The notes under the pieces are model-generated. The model saw nothing but the letters and a program-made list of their open reading frames with translations, did not search any database and had not been told where the DNA came from. A stretch of 64,000 bases of DNA, from assembly GCF_009914755.1 (NCBI RefSeq), contig NC_060938.1, one strand, 5' to 3'. The position numbers and the translations under genes were made by a program. This DNA is from the human T2T-CHM13v2.0 reference genome, Homo sapiens. Shown here piece after piece: positions 34,901-47,700 of the stretch (the stretch's first letter is position 1; every line of letters begins with the position of its first letter).

Positions 34901-37900
34901 GGCCACAAAGGGCTCCAAATAACCACATGCAGATTTTACAAAAAGAAAGTTTCAAAACTACTCAATCAAAAGAAAGGTTCCACTCTGTGAGATGAATACA
35001 CACATCACAACGAAGTTTCTCAGAATATTTCCATGTTGTTTTTATGTGAAGCTATTTCCTTTTCCACCATAGGCCTCTAAGCGCACCAAATATCCACTTG
35101 CAGATTCTACAAAAGGAGTGTTTCAAAACTACTCAATTAAAAGAAAGGTTCAACTCTGTGAGATGAATGCACACATCACAGAGAAGTTTCTGAGAACACT
35201 TCTGTTAATTTTTATGTGAGTATGTTTCCTTTTCTACAAAAGTCCCCAAAGCCCTGCAAATATCCACTTGCAGATTCTACAAAAAGAGTGTTTCAAAACT
35301 CCTCAATCAAATGAAAGGTTCAAATATGTGAGCTAAATGCACACATGACAAAGAAGTTTCTCAGAATGCTTCTGTGTACTTTTTATGAGAAGATATTTCC
35401 TTTTCCACCATAGGCCTCAAAGGGCTCCAAATATCCACATGAAGACTCCAAAAAAAGACAGTTTCAAAACTCCTCTAACAAAAGATAGGTTCAACTCTGA
35501 ATTGAATGCACACATCAAAAGCAGTTTATCAGAGTAATTCTCTGTAGTTTTTATGTGAAGATATTTCCTTTTCCACCATTGGCCAAAATGCCCTCCAAAT
35601 ATCCACGTGCAGATTCTATGAAAAGAGTGTTTCCAAACTGCTCAATCAAAAGAAAGGTTCAACTTTGTGAGATGAAAACACACATCACAAGGAAGTTTCT
35701 CAGAATGCTTCCATGCAGTTTTTTTGTTAAAATATTTCTTTTTCCACCATGGGTCACAAGGGCTCCAAATATCCCCTTGCAGATTCTACAAAAAGAGAGT
35801 TTCAAAACTGCCCTATCAAAAGATAGTTTCAACTCTGTGAGATGAATACACACATCACAAAGAAGTTTCCAGAATGCTTCTGCTTATTTTTTTGTGAAGA
35901 TATTACCTTTTCCCCCATATGCCTCCAAGTCCTCTAAATATGCACTTGCAGATTCTACAAAAAGAGAGATTCAAAATTACTCAATCAAAAGGAAGTTTCA
36001 ACTCTGTGAGACGAATGCACACATCACAAAGAAGTTTTTCAGAATGCTTCTATGTAGTTTTTATGTGAAGATATTTCCTTTTCCACGTTAGGCCTCCAAG
36101 GGCTCCAAATATCCACTTGCAGATTCTACAAAAAGATTGCTTCCAAACTGCTCAATCAAAAGAAATTTTCAACACTGTGAGATGAATACACACATCTCAG
36201 AGAAGTTTCTGATAATGCTTCTGTGTAGTTTTTATGTGAAGATGTTTCCTTTTCCACAATAGGCCTCACAGCACTCCAATTATATCCTTGCAGATTCCAC
36301 AGAAAGAGTGTTTGAAAACTGCTCAATCAAATGAAAGTTTCACCTCTGTGAGAAGAATGCACACAACCCAAAGAAGTTTCTCAGAATGCTTCTGTGTAGT
36401 TTTTATATAAAGATATTTCCTTTTCCACCATAGGCCTCAAAGGGCTCCAAATATCCCCTTGCAGATTCTACAAAAAGAGAGTTTCAAAACTGCTCTATCA
36501 AAAGATAGGTTCAACTCTGTGAGATAAATGCACACATCCCAAACAAATTTCTCAGAATGCTTCTGTGTATTTTTTATGTGAAGATATTTCAATTTCCACC
36601 ATACACTTCAAGGCTCTCCAATTATCCACTTGCAGATCCTACAAAAAGATTTTCAGAACTGCTCTATCAAAAGAAAAGTTCAACTCTGAGAGATGAATGC
36701 ACACAAAACAAAGAGGTTTTTGAGAATGCTTCTGTGTAGTTTTTCTGTGAAGTTATTTCCTTTTCCACAATAGGCCACAAAGAGCTCCAAATATCCCCTT
36801 GCAGATTCTACAAAAAGAGAGTTTCAAAACTGCTCTATCAAAAGATAAATTCAACTATGTGGTTTGAATGCACACATCAAAAAGCAGTTTCTCAGAATGC
36901 TTCTGTGTAGTTTTTATGAGAAGATATTTCCTTTTCCCCAATAGGCCTCCAAGGGCTCCAAATATCCACTTGCAGATTCTATTAAAAGAGTGTTTCCAAA
37001 CTGCTCAATATAATGAAAGTTTCAATACTGTGAGATGAATGCTCACATCAAAAAGAAGTTCCTGAGAATGCTCCTGTGTACTTTTTATGTGAAGATATTT
37101 CCTTTTCAACAATAGGCCTCAAAGCGCTCCAATTATACACTTGCAGATTCTACAAAAAGAGTGTTTGAAAACTGCTCAATCAAATGAAATATTCACCTCT
37201 GTGAGATGAATACACACATCACAAAGAAGTTTCTCAGAATACTTCTGTGTAGTTTTTATGTGAGGATGTTCCCTTTTCCAACATTGGCTGCAAAGGGCTC
37301 CAATTATCCAGTTGCAGATACCACAAAAAGAGAGTTACCAAACTGCTCTATCAAAAGATAGGTTCAACTATGTGAGATGAATGCACAAATCCCAAACAAG
37401 TTCCTTAGAATGCTTCTGTGTAGTTATTATGTGAAGTTATTTCCATTTCAACCATTGACTTCTAAGCTCTCCAAATATCCTCTTACATATTCTACAAAAA
37501 GAGTTTCAAAACTGTCCAATCAAAAGAAATGTTCAACACTGGGAGATGAATACACACATCTCAAAGAAGTTTCTCAGAATGCTTCTATCCGGTTTTTATG
37601 TGAAGATATCTCCTTTTCCACCATAGGCTTCAAAGAGCTTCAAATGTCCACTTGCAGATCCCACAAAAAGAGATTTTCAAAACTGCTCAATCAAAAGAAA
37701 GGTTTAACACTGTGAGATAAATGAACACATCACAAGGAAGTTTCTCAGATTGCTTCTGTCTAGATTTTATGTGAAGATATTTCCTTTTCCACCATACGCC
37801 TCAAGGTGCTCGAAATGTCGACTTGCAGATACTTCAAAAAGAGGATTTCAAAACTGGTCATTTAAAAGAAACCTTCAACTCTGAGATATGAATGCACACA

Positions 37901-39075
37901 TCACAAAAAAGTTTCTCAGAATGCTTCTATCTGGTTTTCATGTGAAGATATTTCCTTTTTCACCATAGACTTCAAAGTGCTCCAAATGTCCAATTACAGT
38001 TTCTACAAAAAGAGAGTTTCAAAACTGCTCAATCCAAAGAAAGGTTTAATTATGTGAGATAAATGAACACATCAGAAGGAAGTTTCTCAGATTGCTTCTG
38101 TCTAGATTTTATGTGAAGTTATTTCCTTTTCTACCATAGGCCGCAAAGAGCTCCAAATCTCCACTTGCAAATTCTACAAAAAGACTGTTTCCAAACTGCT
38201 CAATCAAAAGAAAGGTTGAAATCTGTGAGACTGAATGCACACATCGCCAAGAACTTTGTCAGAATTCTTCTGTCTAGTTTTTATGTGAAGATATTACCTT
38301 TTCCAAAATAGGCCTCAAAAAGCTCCAAATGTCCACTTGTAGATACTACAAAAAGAGAGTTTCAATACTGCTCATTCAAAAAAAAAAAGCTTTAACTCTG
38401 TGAGAGGAAGGAACACATCAGAAAGAAATTTCTCAGATTGCTTCTGTCTAGATTTTATATGAAGATATTTCTTTCCTACCATTGGCTGCAAAGCACTCCA
38501 AATGTCCACTTGCAGATTCTACAAAAAGAGATTTTCAAAACTGCCCAATCAAAAGGAAGGTTCAACGCCATGAGTTGAACCCACTCATCACAAACAAGTT
38601 TCTCAAAATTCTTTTCTCTAGTTTTTATGTGAAGATATTTCCTTTTCCACCTTTGGCCTCAAAGTGCTCAAAATGTCCACTTGCAGATTTTACAAAAAGA
38701 GTTTCAAAACTGCTCAATCAAAAGAAAGGTTTATCTCTGGGAGATGAATGCACACATAACAAAGGGGTTCCTCAGATTGCTACTGTCTAGATTTTATGTG
38801 AAGATATTTCCTTTTCTACCATAGGCTGCAAAGCGCTCCAAATGTCCACTTTTAGATTCTACAAAAAGAGTGTTTCCAAACTGCTCAATCAAAAGAAACG
38901 TTTACCTCTGTGAGATGAATGCACAAATCACAAAGAAGTTTCTCAGAAGTTTTCTGCCTAGTTTTTATGTGAAGATATTTCCTTTTCCACCACATGCCTC
39001 AAGGATCTCGAAATGTCCAATTGCAGATTCTTCAAAAAGAGTATTTCAAAACTCGTCCTTCAAAAGAAAGGTTCA
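28988..39075 (-). repeat. Alpha satellite: layer Y to ~37500, then layer X
   Basis: Diagnostics change at ~37450-37640 from TGTGTAG/ATATCCAC to GATTGCTTCTGTCTAGATT/ATGTCCAC. Confidence 0.96.
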
Positions 39076-40881
39076 GTTCTCCCTCTCCCTCTCCCTCTCC
39101 CTCTCCTCACGGTCTCCCTCTCCCTCTCCCCACGGTCTCCCTCTCCCTCTCTTTCCATTGTCTCCCTCTGATGCCGAGCCGAAGCTGGACTGTACTGCTG
39201 CCATCTCTGCTCACTGCAACCTCCCTGCCTGATTCTCCTGCCTCAGCCTGCTGAGTGCCTGCGATTGCAGGCATGCGCCACCATGCCTGACTGATTTTCG
39301 TATTTTTTTGGTGGAGACAGGGTTTCACTGTGTTGGCTGGGCTGGTCTCCAGCTCCTAACCGCGAGTGATCTGCCAGCCTCAGCCTCCCGAGGTGCCAGG
39401 ATTGCAGATGGAGTCTCATTCACTCAGTGCTCAATGTTGCCCAGGCTGGAGTGCAGTGGCGTGATCTCAGCTCGCTACAACCTCCACCTCCCAGCCGCCA
39501 GCCTTGGCCTCCCAAAGTGCCGAGATTGCAGTCTCTGCCCAGCCGCCACCCCATCTGGGAAGTGAGGAGCGTCTCTGCCTGGCCGCCCATCATCTGGGAT
39601 GTGTGGAGCCCCTCAGCCCGGCTGCCCAGTCTGGGAAGTGAAGAGCACCTCTTCCCGGTCGCCATCGCATCTAGGAAGTGAGGAGGGTCTCTGCCCGGCC
39701 GCCCATCGTCTGAGATGTGGGGAGCGCCTCTGCCCGGCCACTCCATCTGGGATGTGAGGAGTGCCTCTACCCAGCCACGACCCTGTCTGGGAGGTGAGGA
39801 GTGTCTCTGCCCGGCTGCCCAGTCTGAGAAGTGAGGAGCCCCTCTGCCCAGCAGCCGCCCCATCTGAGAAGTGAGGAGCCCCTCTGCCCAGCAGCTGCCC
39901 CATCTGAGAAGTGATGAGCCCCTCTGCCCTGCAGCCACCCCATCTGGGAAGTGAGGAGTGTCTCCGCCTGGCAGCCACCCCATCCAGGAGGGAGGTGGGG
40001 GGCAACCCCCACCAGTCAAGCCACCCCGTCCAGGAGGAAGATGGCAGGCAGCCCCCCCCCCCGGCCAGCTGCCCCATCCAGGAGGAAGGCAGGGGGCAGC
40101 CCCTGCCCGGCCAGCCACCCCATCTGGGAGGTAGGTGGGGGGCAGCCCCTTCCCGGCCAGCCGCCCCATCTGGGAGGGAGGTGGGGGGCAGCCCCCGCCC
40201 GGCCAGCCACCCCGGCAGGGAGGGAGGTGGGGAGCAGCCCACGCCCAGTCAGCCGCCCTGTCTGGGGGGTGGGGGGCGCCTCTGCCTGGCCACCCCTTCT
40301 GGGAAGTGAGGAGACCCTCTGCCCGGCCGCCACCCCATCTGGGAGGTGTACCCAACAGCTCATTGAGAACGGGCCATGATGACGATGGTGGTTTTGTCAA
40401 ATAGAAAAGGGGGAAATGTGGGGAAAAGATAGAGAAATCAGATTGTTGCTGTGTCTGTGTGGAAAGAAGTAGACATAGGAGACTCCATTTTGTTCTGTAC
40501 TAAGAAAAATTCTTCTGCCTTGGGATGCTGTTGATCTACGACCTTACCCCCAACCTGGTGCTCTCTGAAACATGTGCTGTGTCCACTCAGGGTTAAATGG
40601 ATTAAGGGCGGTGCAAGATGTGCTTTGTTAAACAGATGCTTGAAGGCAGCATGCTCATTAAGAGTCATCACCACTCCCTAATCTCAAGTACCCAGAGACA
40701 CAAACACTGAGGAAGGCACCAGGGTCCTCTGCCTAGGAAAACCAGAGACCTTTTTTCACTTGTTTATCTGCTGACCTTCCCTCCACTATTGTCCTGTGAC
40801 CTTGCCAAATCCCCCTCTGCAAGAAACACTCAAGAATGATCAATAAAAAAGAAAAAGAAAAAAAAACAACAAAAACAAAAA
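39076..40881 (+). mobile_element. SVA retrotransposon, full length, probably an older subfamily (SVA_B/C-like)
   Basis: (CCCTCT)n ~39079-39130, Alu-like ~39131-39530, GC-rich VNTR ~39530-40345, SINE-R ~40346-40847, AATAAA at 40842, A-rich tail. TSD AAAA(G/A)AAAGGTTCA at 39062-39075 and 41085-41098. Heavy CpG decay. Confidence 0.96.
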
Positions 40882-41090
40882 CTAGAAGAGTATAATTGGA
40901 TGTTTGTAACACAAAGGATAATAAATACTTGAGGGAATGGATAGTCTATTTTCCATGCTGTGATTGTTATGCCCTGCATGCCTGTATCAAAACATCTCAT
41001 ATATCCATAAATATATATATCTACTAAGTACCCACCAAAATTAAAAATTAAAAAATAAATAAAGTATACAAAATGAAAGGCAAAAAAAAA
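40882..41090 (+). mobile_element. SVA 3' transduction: 3' end of an old L1MA-type element plus a second poly(A)
   Basis: GAGTATAATTGGATGTTTGTAACACAAAGGATA…GCATGCCTGTATCAAAACATCTCAT…GTACCCACCAAAATTAAAAATT resembles the L1MA1-3 3' terminus; it lies inside the SVA TSDs; AATAAA at 41054 and 41058, poly(A) from 41082. Confidence 0.85.
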
Positions 41091-44000
41091 AAGGTTCAAC
41101 TCTGAGATATGACTGCATACATCACAAAGAAGTTTCTCAGAATACTTCTATCTAGTTTTCCTGTGAAGATATTTCCTTTTCCACCATAGGCCTCAAAGCG
41201 CTCCAAATGTCCACTTGCAGATTCTACAAAAACAGAGTTTCAAACTGCTCAATCAAAAGAAAGTTTTAACTCTGTGAAGTGAATGCACAAATCACAATAA
41301 AAGTTTCTCAGATTGCTTCCGTCTAGAATTTATGTGAAGGTATTTCCTTTTGTACCAAAGGATGCAAAGCCCTTCAAATGTCCACTTGCAGATTCTACAA
41401 AAAGAGAGTTTTCAAACTGCTCAATCAAAAGAAATTTTCAACTCTGTGAGATAAACACAGACAACACAATGAAGTTTCTCAGAATTCTTCTATCTAGTTT
41501 CTATGTGAGGATATTTCCTTTTCCACAATAGGCCTCAAAGTGCTCCAAAAGTCCACTTGCAGATTCTACAAAAAGAGAATTTTAAACTACTCAATCAAAA
41601 GAAAGTTTTAACTCTGTGAGATGAATGCACACATCAAAAAGAAGTTTCTCAGATTGCTTCTGTCTAGATTTTATGTGAAGATACTTCCTTTTCTATCACA
41701 GCCCTCAAAGCGCTGCAAATGTCTACTTGTAGATTCTACAAAAAGTGTTTCCAAACTGCTCAATCAAAAGAAAGATTAAACTCTGTAAGATGAACGCACG
41801 TATCCCAAAGAAATTTCTCAGAATTCTTCTGTGTAGTTTTTATGTGAAGACGTTTCCTATTCCACCATAGGCCTCAAAGCGCTAAAAGTGTCCAATTGCA
41901 GGTTCTACAAAAAGAGAGTTTCAAAACTGTTCAATCAAAACAAAGGTTTAACTCTTTGATATGAATGCACACATCACAAAGAAATTTCTCAGATTGCTTC
42001 TGTCGAGATTTTATGTGATGGTATTTCATTTTATAACATAGGACGCAAAGCGCTCCAAATATCTACTTGCAGATTTTACATAAACCGTGTTTCCAAACTG
42101 CTCACTCAAAATAAAGGTTCACCTTTGTGAGATGAACGTACACATCACAATGAAGTTTCTCACAAATCTTCAGTCTAGTTTTTATGTAAAGATATTTCCT
42201 TTTCCACCATTGTCCTCAAAGTGCTCCAAATGTCCACTATCAGATTCTACAAAAAGAGAGTTTCAAACTGTTCAATCACAGGAAAGGTTTAACACTGTGA
42301 GATGAATACACAAATCAAAAAGAAGTTTCTCAGATTGCTTCTCTCTAGATTTTATGTGAAGGTATTTCTTTCACTACCATAGGCCGCAAAGCACTCCAAA
42401 TGTCCAAATGCAGATTCTACAAATAGAGTGTTTAAAACTGCTCAATCAAAAGAAAGGTTCAACCCTGTGAGATGAATGCCCACCTTACAAAAAAGTTTCT
42501 CAGAATTCTTCTGTCTTGTTTTATGTGAAGATATTTCCTTTTCTACCATAGGCCTCAAAGCTCCCAAAATATCCACTTGTAGATTCTACAAAAAGAGTAT
42601 TTCAAAACTGCTCAATGGAAAAATCTCCAAACCTGTGACATGCATGAACACATCACAAATAATTTTCTCAGAATGCTTCTGTCTAGTTTTTATGTGAAGA
42701 TATTTCCTTTTCCAAAACAGGCCTCAAATTTCTCCCAATATCCACTTGCAGATTATCAAAAAGAATGTTTCAAAACTGCTCAATCATAAGAAAATTTCAA
42801 CTCTGTCACGTGAATGCACACATGTGAAAGGAGTTGCTCAGAATGCTTCTGTCTAGTTTTTATGTGAAGTTATTTTCTTTTCCACTTTAGGCAGTATAGC
42901 ACTCCAAATATCCACTTGCAGATTCTACAAAAAGAGTGTTTCCAAACTGCTCAACCAAAAGAAAGGTTCGAATCTGTGAGGTGAGTGCACACATCATAAA
43001 GAAGATTCTCAGAATGCTTCTGTCTAGTTTTTATGTGAAGATATTTCCTTTTCCACCATAGGCCTCAAAGTGCTGCAAATGACCAATTATAGATTCTACA
43101 AATGAGTTTTTCAAAACTGCTCAAAAGAAAGGTTCAACTCTCTAAGATGAATTCACATATCACAAAGAATTTTCTCAGAATGATTCTGTCTAGTTTTTAT
43201 GTGAAGTTATTTCCTTTTCCACCATAGTCCACAAAGCGCTCCAAATGTCCTATTGCAGATTCTACAAGAGTGTTTCAAAACAGCTCAATCAAAAGTAAGG
43301 TTAAATTCGGTGAGATGAATGCACACATCACAAAGAAGGTTCTCAGAATGCTTCTGTTTAGCACTTAAGTGAAGATATTTTCTTTTCCACCATAGGCCTC
43401 AAAACACTCCAAATGTCCTCCTGCAAATTCTACAAAACGTGTTTCAAAACTGTTCAATCAAAAGAAAGTTCCAACTCTGTCAGATGAATGCACACATCCC
43501 AAAGAAGTTTGTCAGAATGATTCTGTCTAGTTTTTATGTGAAAATGTTTCCTTTTCCACCATAGCCTGCAAAGCGCTCCAAATTTCCACTTGCAGATTCT
43601 ACAAAAAGAGTGTTTCAGAACTGCTCAATCGAAAGTAAGGTTCACATCTGGAAGATAGATGCACACATCCAAAAGAAGTTGGTCAGAATTATTCTGTCTA
43701 GTTTTAATGTGAAGATGTTTCCTTTTCCACACTAGGCCTCACAGTGCTCATAAATGTCCACTTGCAGATTCTACAAAAAGAGTGTTTTGAAACTGCTCAA
43801 TCAAAATAAAATTTCAACACTGTGAGGTGAATGCATACATCACAAAGAAGTTTCTCAGAATGCTTCTGTTTAGTTTTTATGTGAAGATATTTCCTTTTCC
43901 ACCGTAGGCCTGAAAACTCTCCAAATATCCACTTGCAGATTCTACAAAAAGAGTGTTTCAAAACTGCTCAATGAAAAGAAACGTTCAAATCTGTGAGATA

Positions 44001-44594
44001 AATTCACACATCAGAAAGAAGTTTGTCAGAATGTTTCTGTATAGTTTTTATATGAAGATACTTCCTTTTCCACCATAGGATTCAAAGTGCTCCAAATTTC
44101 CACATGCAGATTGTACAAAGTTTTTCAAAGCCGTTCAATCAAATGAAAGGTTCAAACCTGTGAGATGAATGCACACATCACAAAGAAATTTGTCAGAATG
44201 TTTCTGTCTAGCTTTTTTGAAGATATTTCCTTTTCCATCATATGCCTCAAAGCACTCCAAATGTCCACTTGCAGATAATACAAAAAGGGAGTTTCAAAGC
44301 TGCTGAATCAAATAAAGGTTAAATTATTTGAGATGAATGCACATATCACAAAGAAGTTTGCAGAACGCTTCTGTCTAGTTTTCATGTGAAGATTTTTTTT
44401 CAACATATGCCTCAAATCGCTCCAAATGTCCACTTGCAGATTCTACAAAAAGAGTTTCCAAACTGCTCAATAAAAAGAAAGGTTCAACTCTGTGAGAAGA
44501 CCGCACACATCACAAAGAAGTTTCTCAGACTGCTTCTGTCTAGGTATTATGTGAAGATATTTCCTTTTCCACCATAGGCCTCAAAATGCTCCAA
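41091..44594 (-). repeat. Alpha satellite: layer X to ~42550, then layer Z
   Basis: Dimeric GATTGCTTC/GAATTCTTC alternation gives way at ~42660 to mostly uniform AGAATGCTTCTGTCTAGTTTTT monomers. Confidence 0.96.
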
Positions 44595-44720
44595 TCCACT
44601 CCACTGCATTCCATTCTGTCCCATTCCATTCCACTCCACCTCACTCCACTGCACTCCACCCCACTCCATTCCATTACTTTACATTACATTCCACTCCATT
44701 CCATTACATTCATTTCTTTC

Positions 44721-47700
44721 GACAGGATCTCACTCTGTAACCCAGGCTGCAGTGCAGTGGCACAATCTCAGCTCGCATTACATTTCACCTTTCCATTCCA
44801 TTCCATTGCATTCCATTCCTTTCCATTCTATTCCATTCCACTCCACTCCAAACCACTCTACTCGACTCCACTCTACTCCATTCCATTCCATCCCATTGCA
44901 TTCAACTCCACTCCACTCCACTCCTTTCTTTTGACAATATCTCACCCTGTCAACCAGCCTGGAGTGAAGTAGCACAATCTCAGCTCACATTTCATTTCAC
45001 CATTCCATTCCAATTCATTCCACGCCATTCCATTCCATTGCATTCCATTCAATTCCATTCCACTCCATTCCATTCCATTCCACTACACTCCGCTCCACTG
45101 CAATCCACTCCATTCCAATCCATCACACTCCCTTTCACTACATTGCATTCCACTCCACTCCACTCCCTTCCATTCCATCCCATTGCATTAAACTCCACTC
45201 CACTCCACTACACTGCACTACACTACACTCCATTCCACTACACTACACTACACTACACTACACTACACTACACTACACTACACTACACTCCCTTCCATTC
45301 CATTCCATTCCACACCATTCCATTCCATTCCATTCCTTTCTTTCGACAGGATATCACTCTGTCACCCAGGCTGGAGTGCAGTGGAGTAATCTCAGCTGAC
45401 ATTTCACTTCACCATTATATTTCATTGCATTCCATTCCATTCATTTCCATTCCATAACATTCCACTGCACTTCACTCCACTCCACTTCAATCCACTCAAC
45501 TCCATTCCAATCCATTTCATTCCATTCCATCCACTCCATTCCACTCCATTCCACTCCAATCCACTCCACCTCAGTCCAGTCCATTCTACTCCATTCCACT
45601 CCAATCCATCCTATCACATTCCACTCCATTCCTCTCCACTCCACTCCACTCCACTTCACTCCACTCCATTCCATTCCATTCCATTCCATTCCATTCCATT
45701 CCATTCCATTCCATTCCTTTCTTTCAACAGGATCTCACTCTGTCACCCAGGCTGGAGTGCAGCGGCACTATCTCAGCTCACATTTCATTTCACCATTCCA
45801 TTCCATTCCATTCCATTCCATTCCATTCCATTCCATTCCACTCCATTCCATTCCACTCCATTCCATTCAATTCCATTCCATTCCGTTCCATTCCACTTCA
45901 TTCCAGTCCACCCTTCTACATTCCAATCCACTCCACTCCATTCCATTGTATTCCACTCCATTCCACTCCACTCCACTCCACTCTAATCAACTCTACTCCA
46001 CTCCATGCCATTCCATTCCATTCCATCCCATTCCATTCCACAGCATTCCACTCCACTCCACTAAACTCCACTCCAATTCACTCCATTCCATTCCATTCCA
46101 TTCCATTCTACTCCATTCCATTCCATTCCTTTCTTTTGACAGGATCTCACTCTGTCACCCAGGGTGGAGTGCAGTAACACAATTTCAGTTCACATTTCAT
46201 TTCACCATTCCATTCCATTCCATTCCATTCCATTCCATTCCATTCCTTTCCATTCAATTCCATTCCATCCCATTCTATTAAACTCCACTCCACTCCATTC
46301 CATTCCATCCCATTCCATTAAACTCCCTTCCACTCCAGTCCACTCCACACCACTCCACTCCATTCCATTCAACTCCCATCCACTCCAGTCCGCTCCACAC
46401 CACTCCACTCCATTCCAACCCATTCCATTCCACTCCAGTCCGCTCCACACCACTCCACTCCATTCCAACCCATTCCATTCCACTCCATTCCAATCCATTT
46501 CACTCCACTACCCTCCACTCCATTCAATTCCACTCCAAACTATTCCATTCCTCTCCACTCCACTTCACTCCACTCCACTACTCTCCACTCCATTCCATTC
46601 CATTCCATTCCACTCCATTCCATTCCATTCGTTTTCTTCGAAAGAGTGTCACTCTGTCACTGAGGCTGGAGTGTAGTGGCACAATCTCAGATCACATTTC
46701 ATTTCACCATTCCATTACATTCAATTCCATTCTATTTAACTCCAATCCACTCCACCCCACTCCACGCCATTCCATTCCATTCCACTCCACTCCACTCCGC
46801 TATATTCCATTCAATTCCTTCCCATCCCATTCCACTCCATTCCATTCCTCTCCACTCCACTCCACTCCACACCACTTCTCTCCATTCCGCTCCATTCCAT
46901 TCCATTCCATTGCATTCCTTTCTTTCGACAGCATCTCACTCTGCCACCCAGGCTGGAGTGCAGTGGCACAATCACAGCTCACATTTAATTTCACCATTCC
47001 ATTCCATTCCGTTCCATTCCATTGCATTCCAGTGCACTCCACTCCATTCCATTCCACTCCACTCCATTCCATTCCATTCCATTCCATTCCACTCCATTCC
47101 ATCCCACTCCACTCCATTCAATCCATCCCATTATATTCCACTCCATTCCACATCACTCCACTCCATTTGAAACCATTACATTCCTTTCCATCCCATTCCA
47201 TTCCACTCCATTCCACTCCACTCCACTCCATTCCACTCCATTCCATTCCACTCCACTCCACTCCATTCCACTCCATTCCATTCCACTACACTCCACTCCA
47301 TTCAATTCCATTCCTTTCCATTCCACTCCATTCCATTCCATCACTTTCTTTTGACAGGGTCTCACTCTGTCACACAGGCTGGAGTACAGTGGCACAATCT
47401 GAGCTCACATTTCATTTCACCTTTCCATTCCATTACACTCCATTCCACTCCAGTCCACTCAACTCCACTCCACTCCATTCCATTCCATTCCACTCCACTC
47501 CAATCCTCTCCTCTACTCTCCATTCCATCTTATTCCATTCCATTCCATTCGACTCCACTCCACTCCGATCCTTTCTATAGCATCACTTTACATTCCACTC
47601 CATTTCACTCCACTCCAGTCCACTCCACTGCATTCCATTCCATTCAATTCCAATACAATCCATTACATTACTTTCCTATCTTTTGAAAGGAAAGTCACCC

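Noticed and set aside
39420-40400. 326-aa Gly/Pro-rich ORF and overlapping ORFs
   Set aside because: Translations of the GC-rich SVA VNTR.
40882-41081. Independent ancient L1MA insertion implying a very old alpha layer
   Set aside because: It lies inside the SVA target-site duplication and has no TSD of its own; a transduction explains it better.
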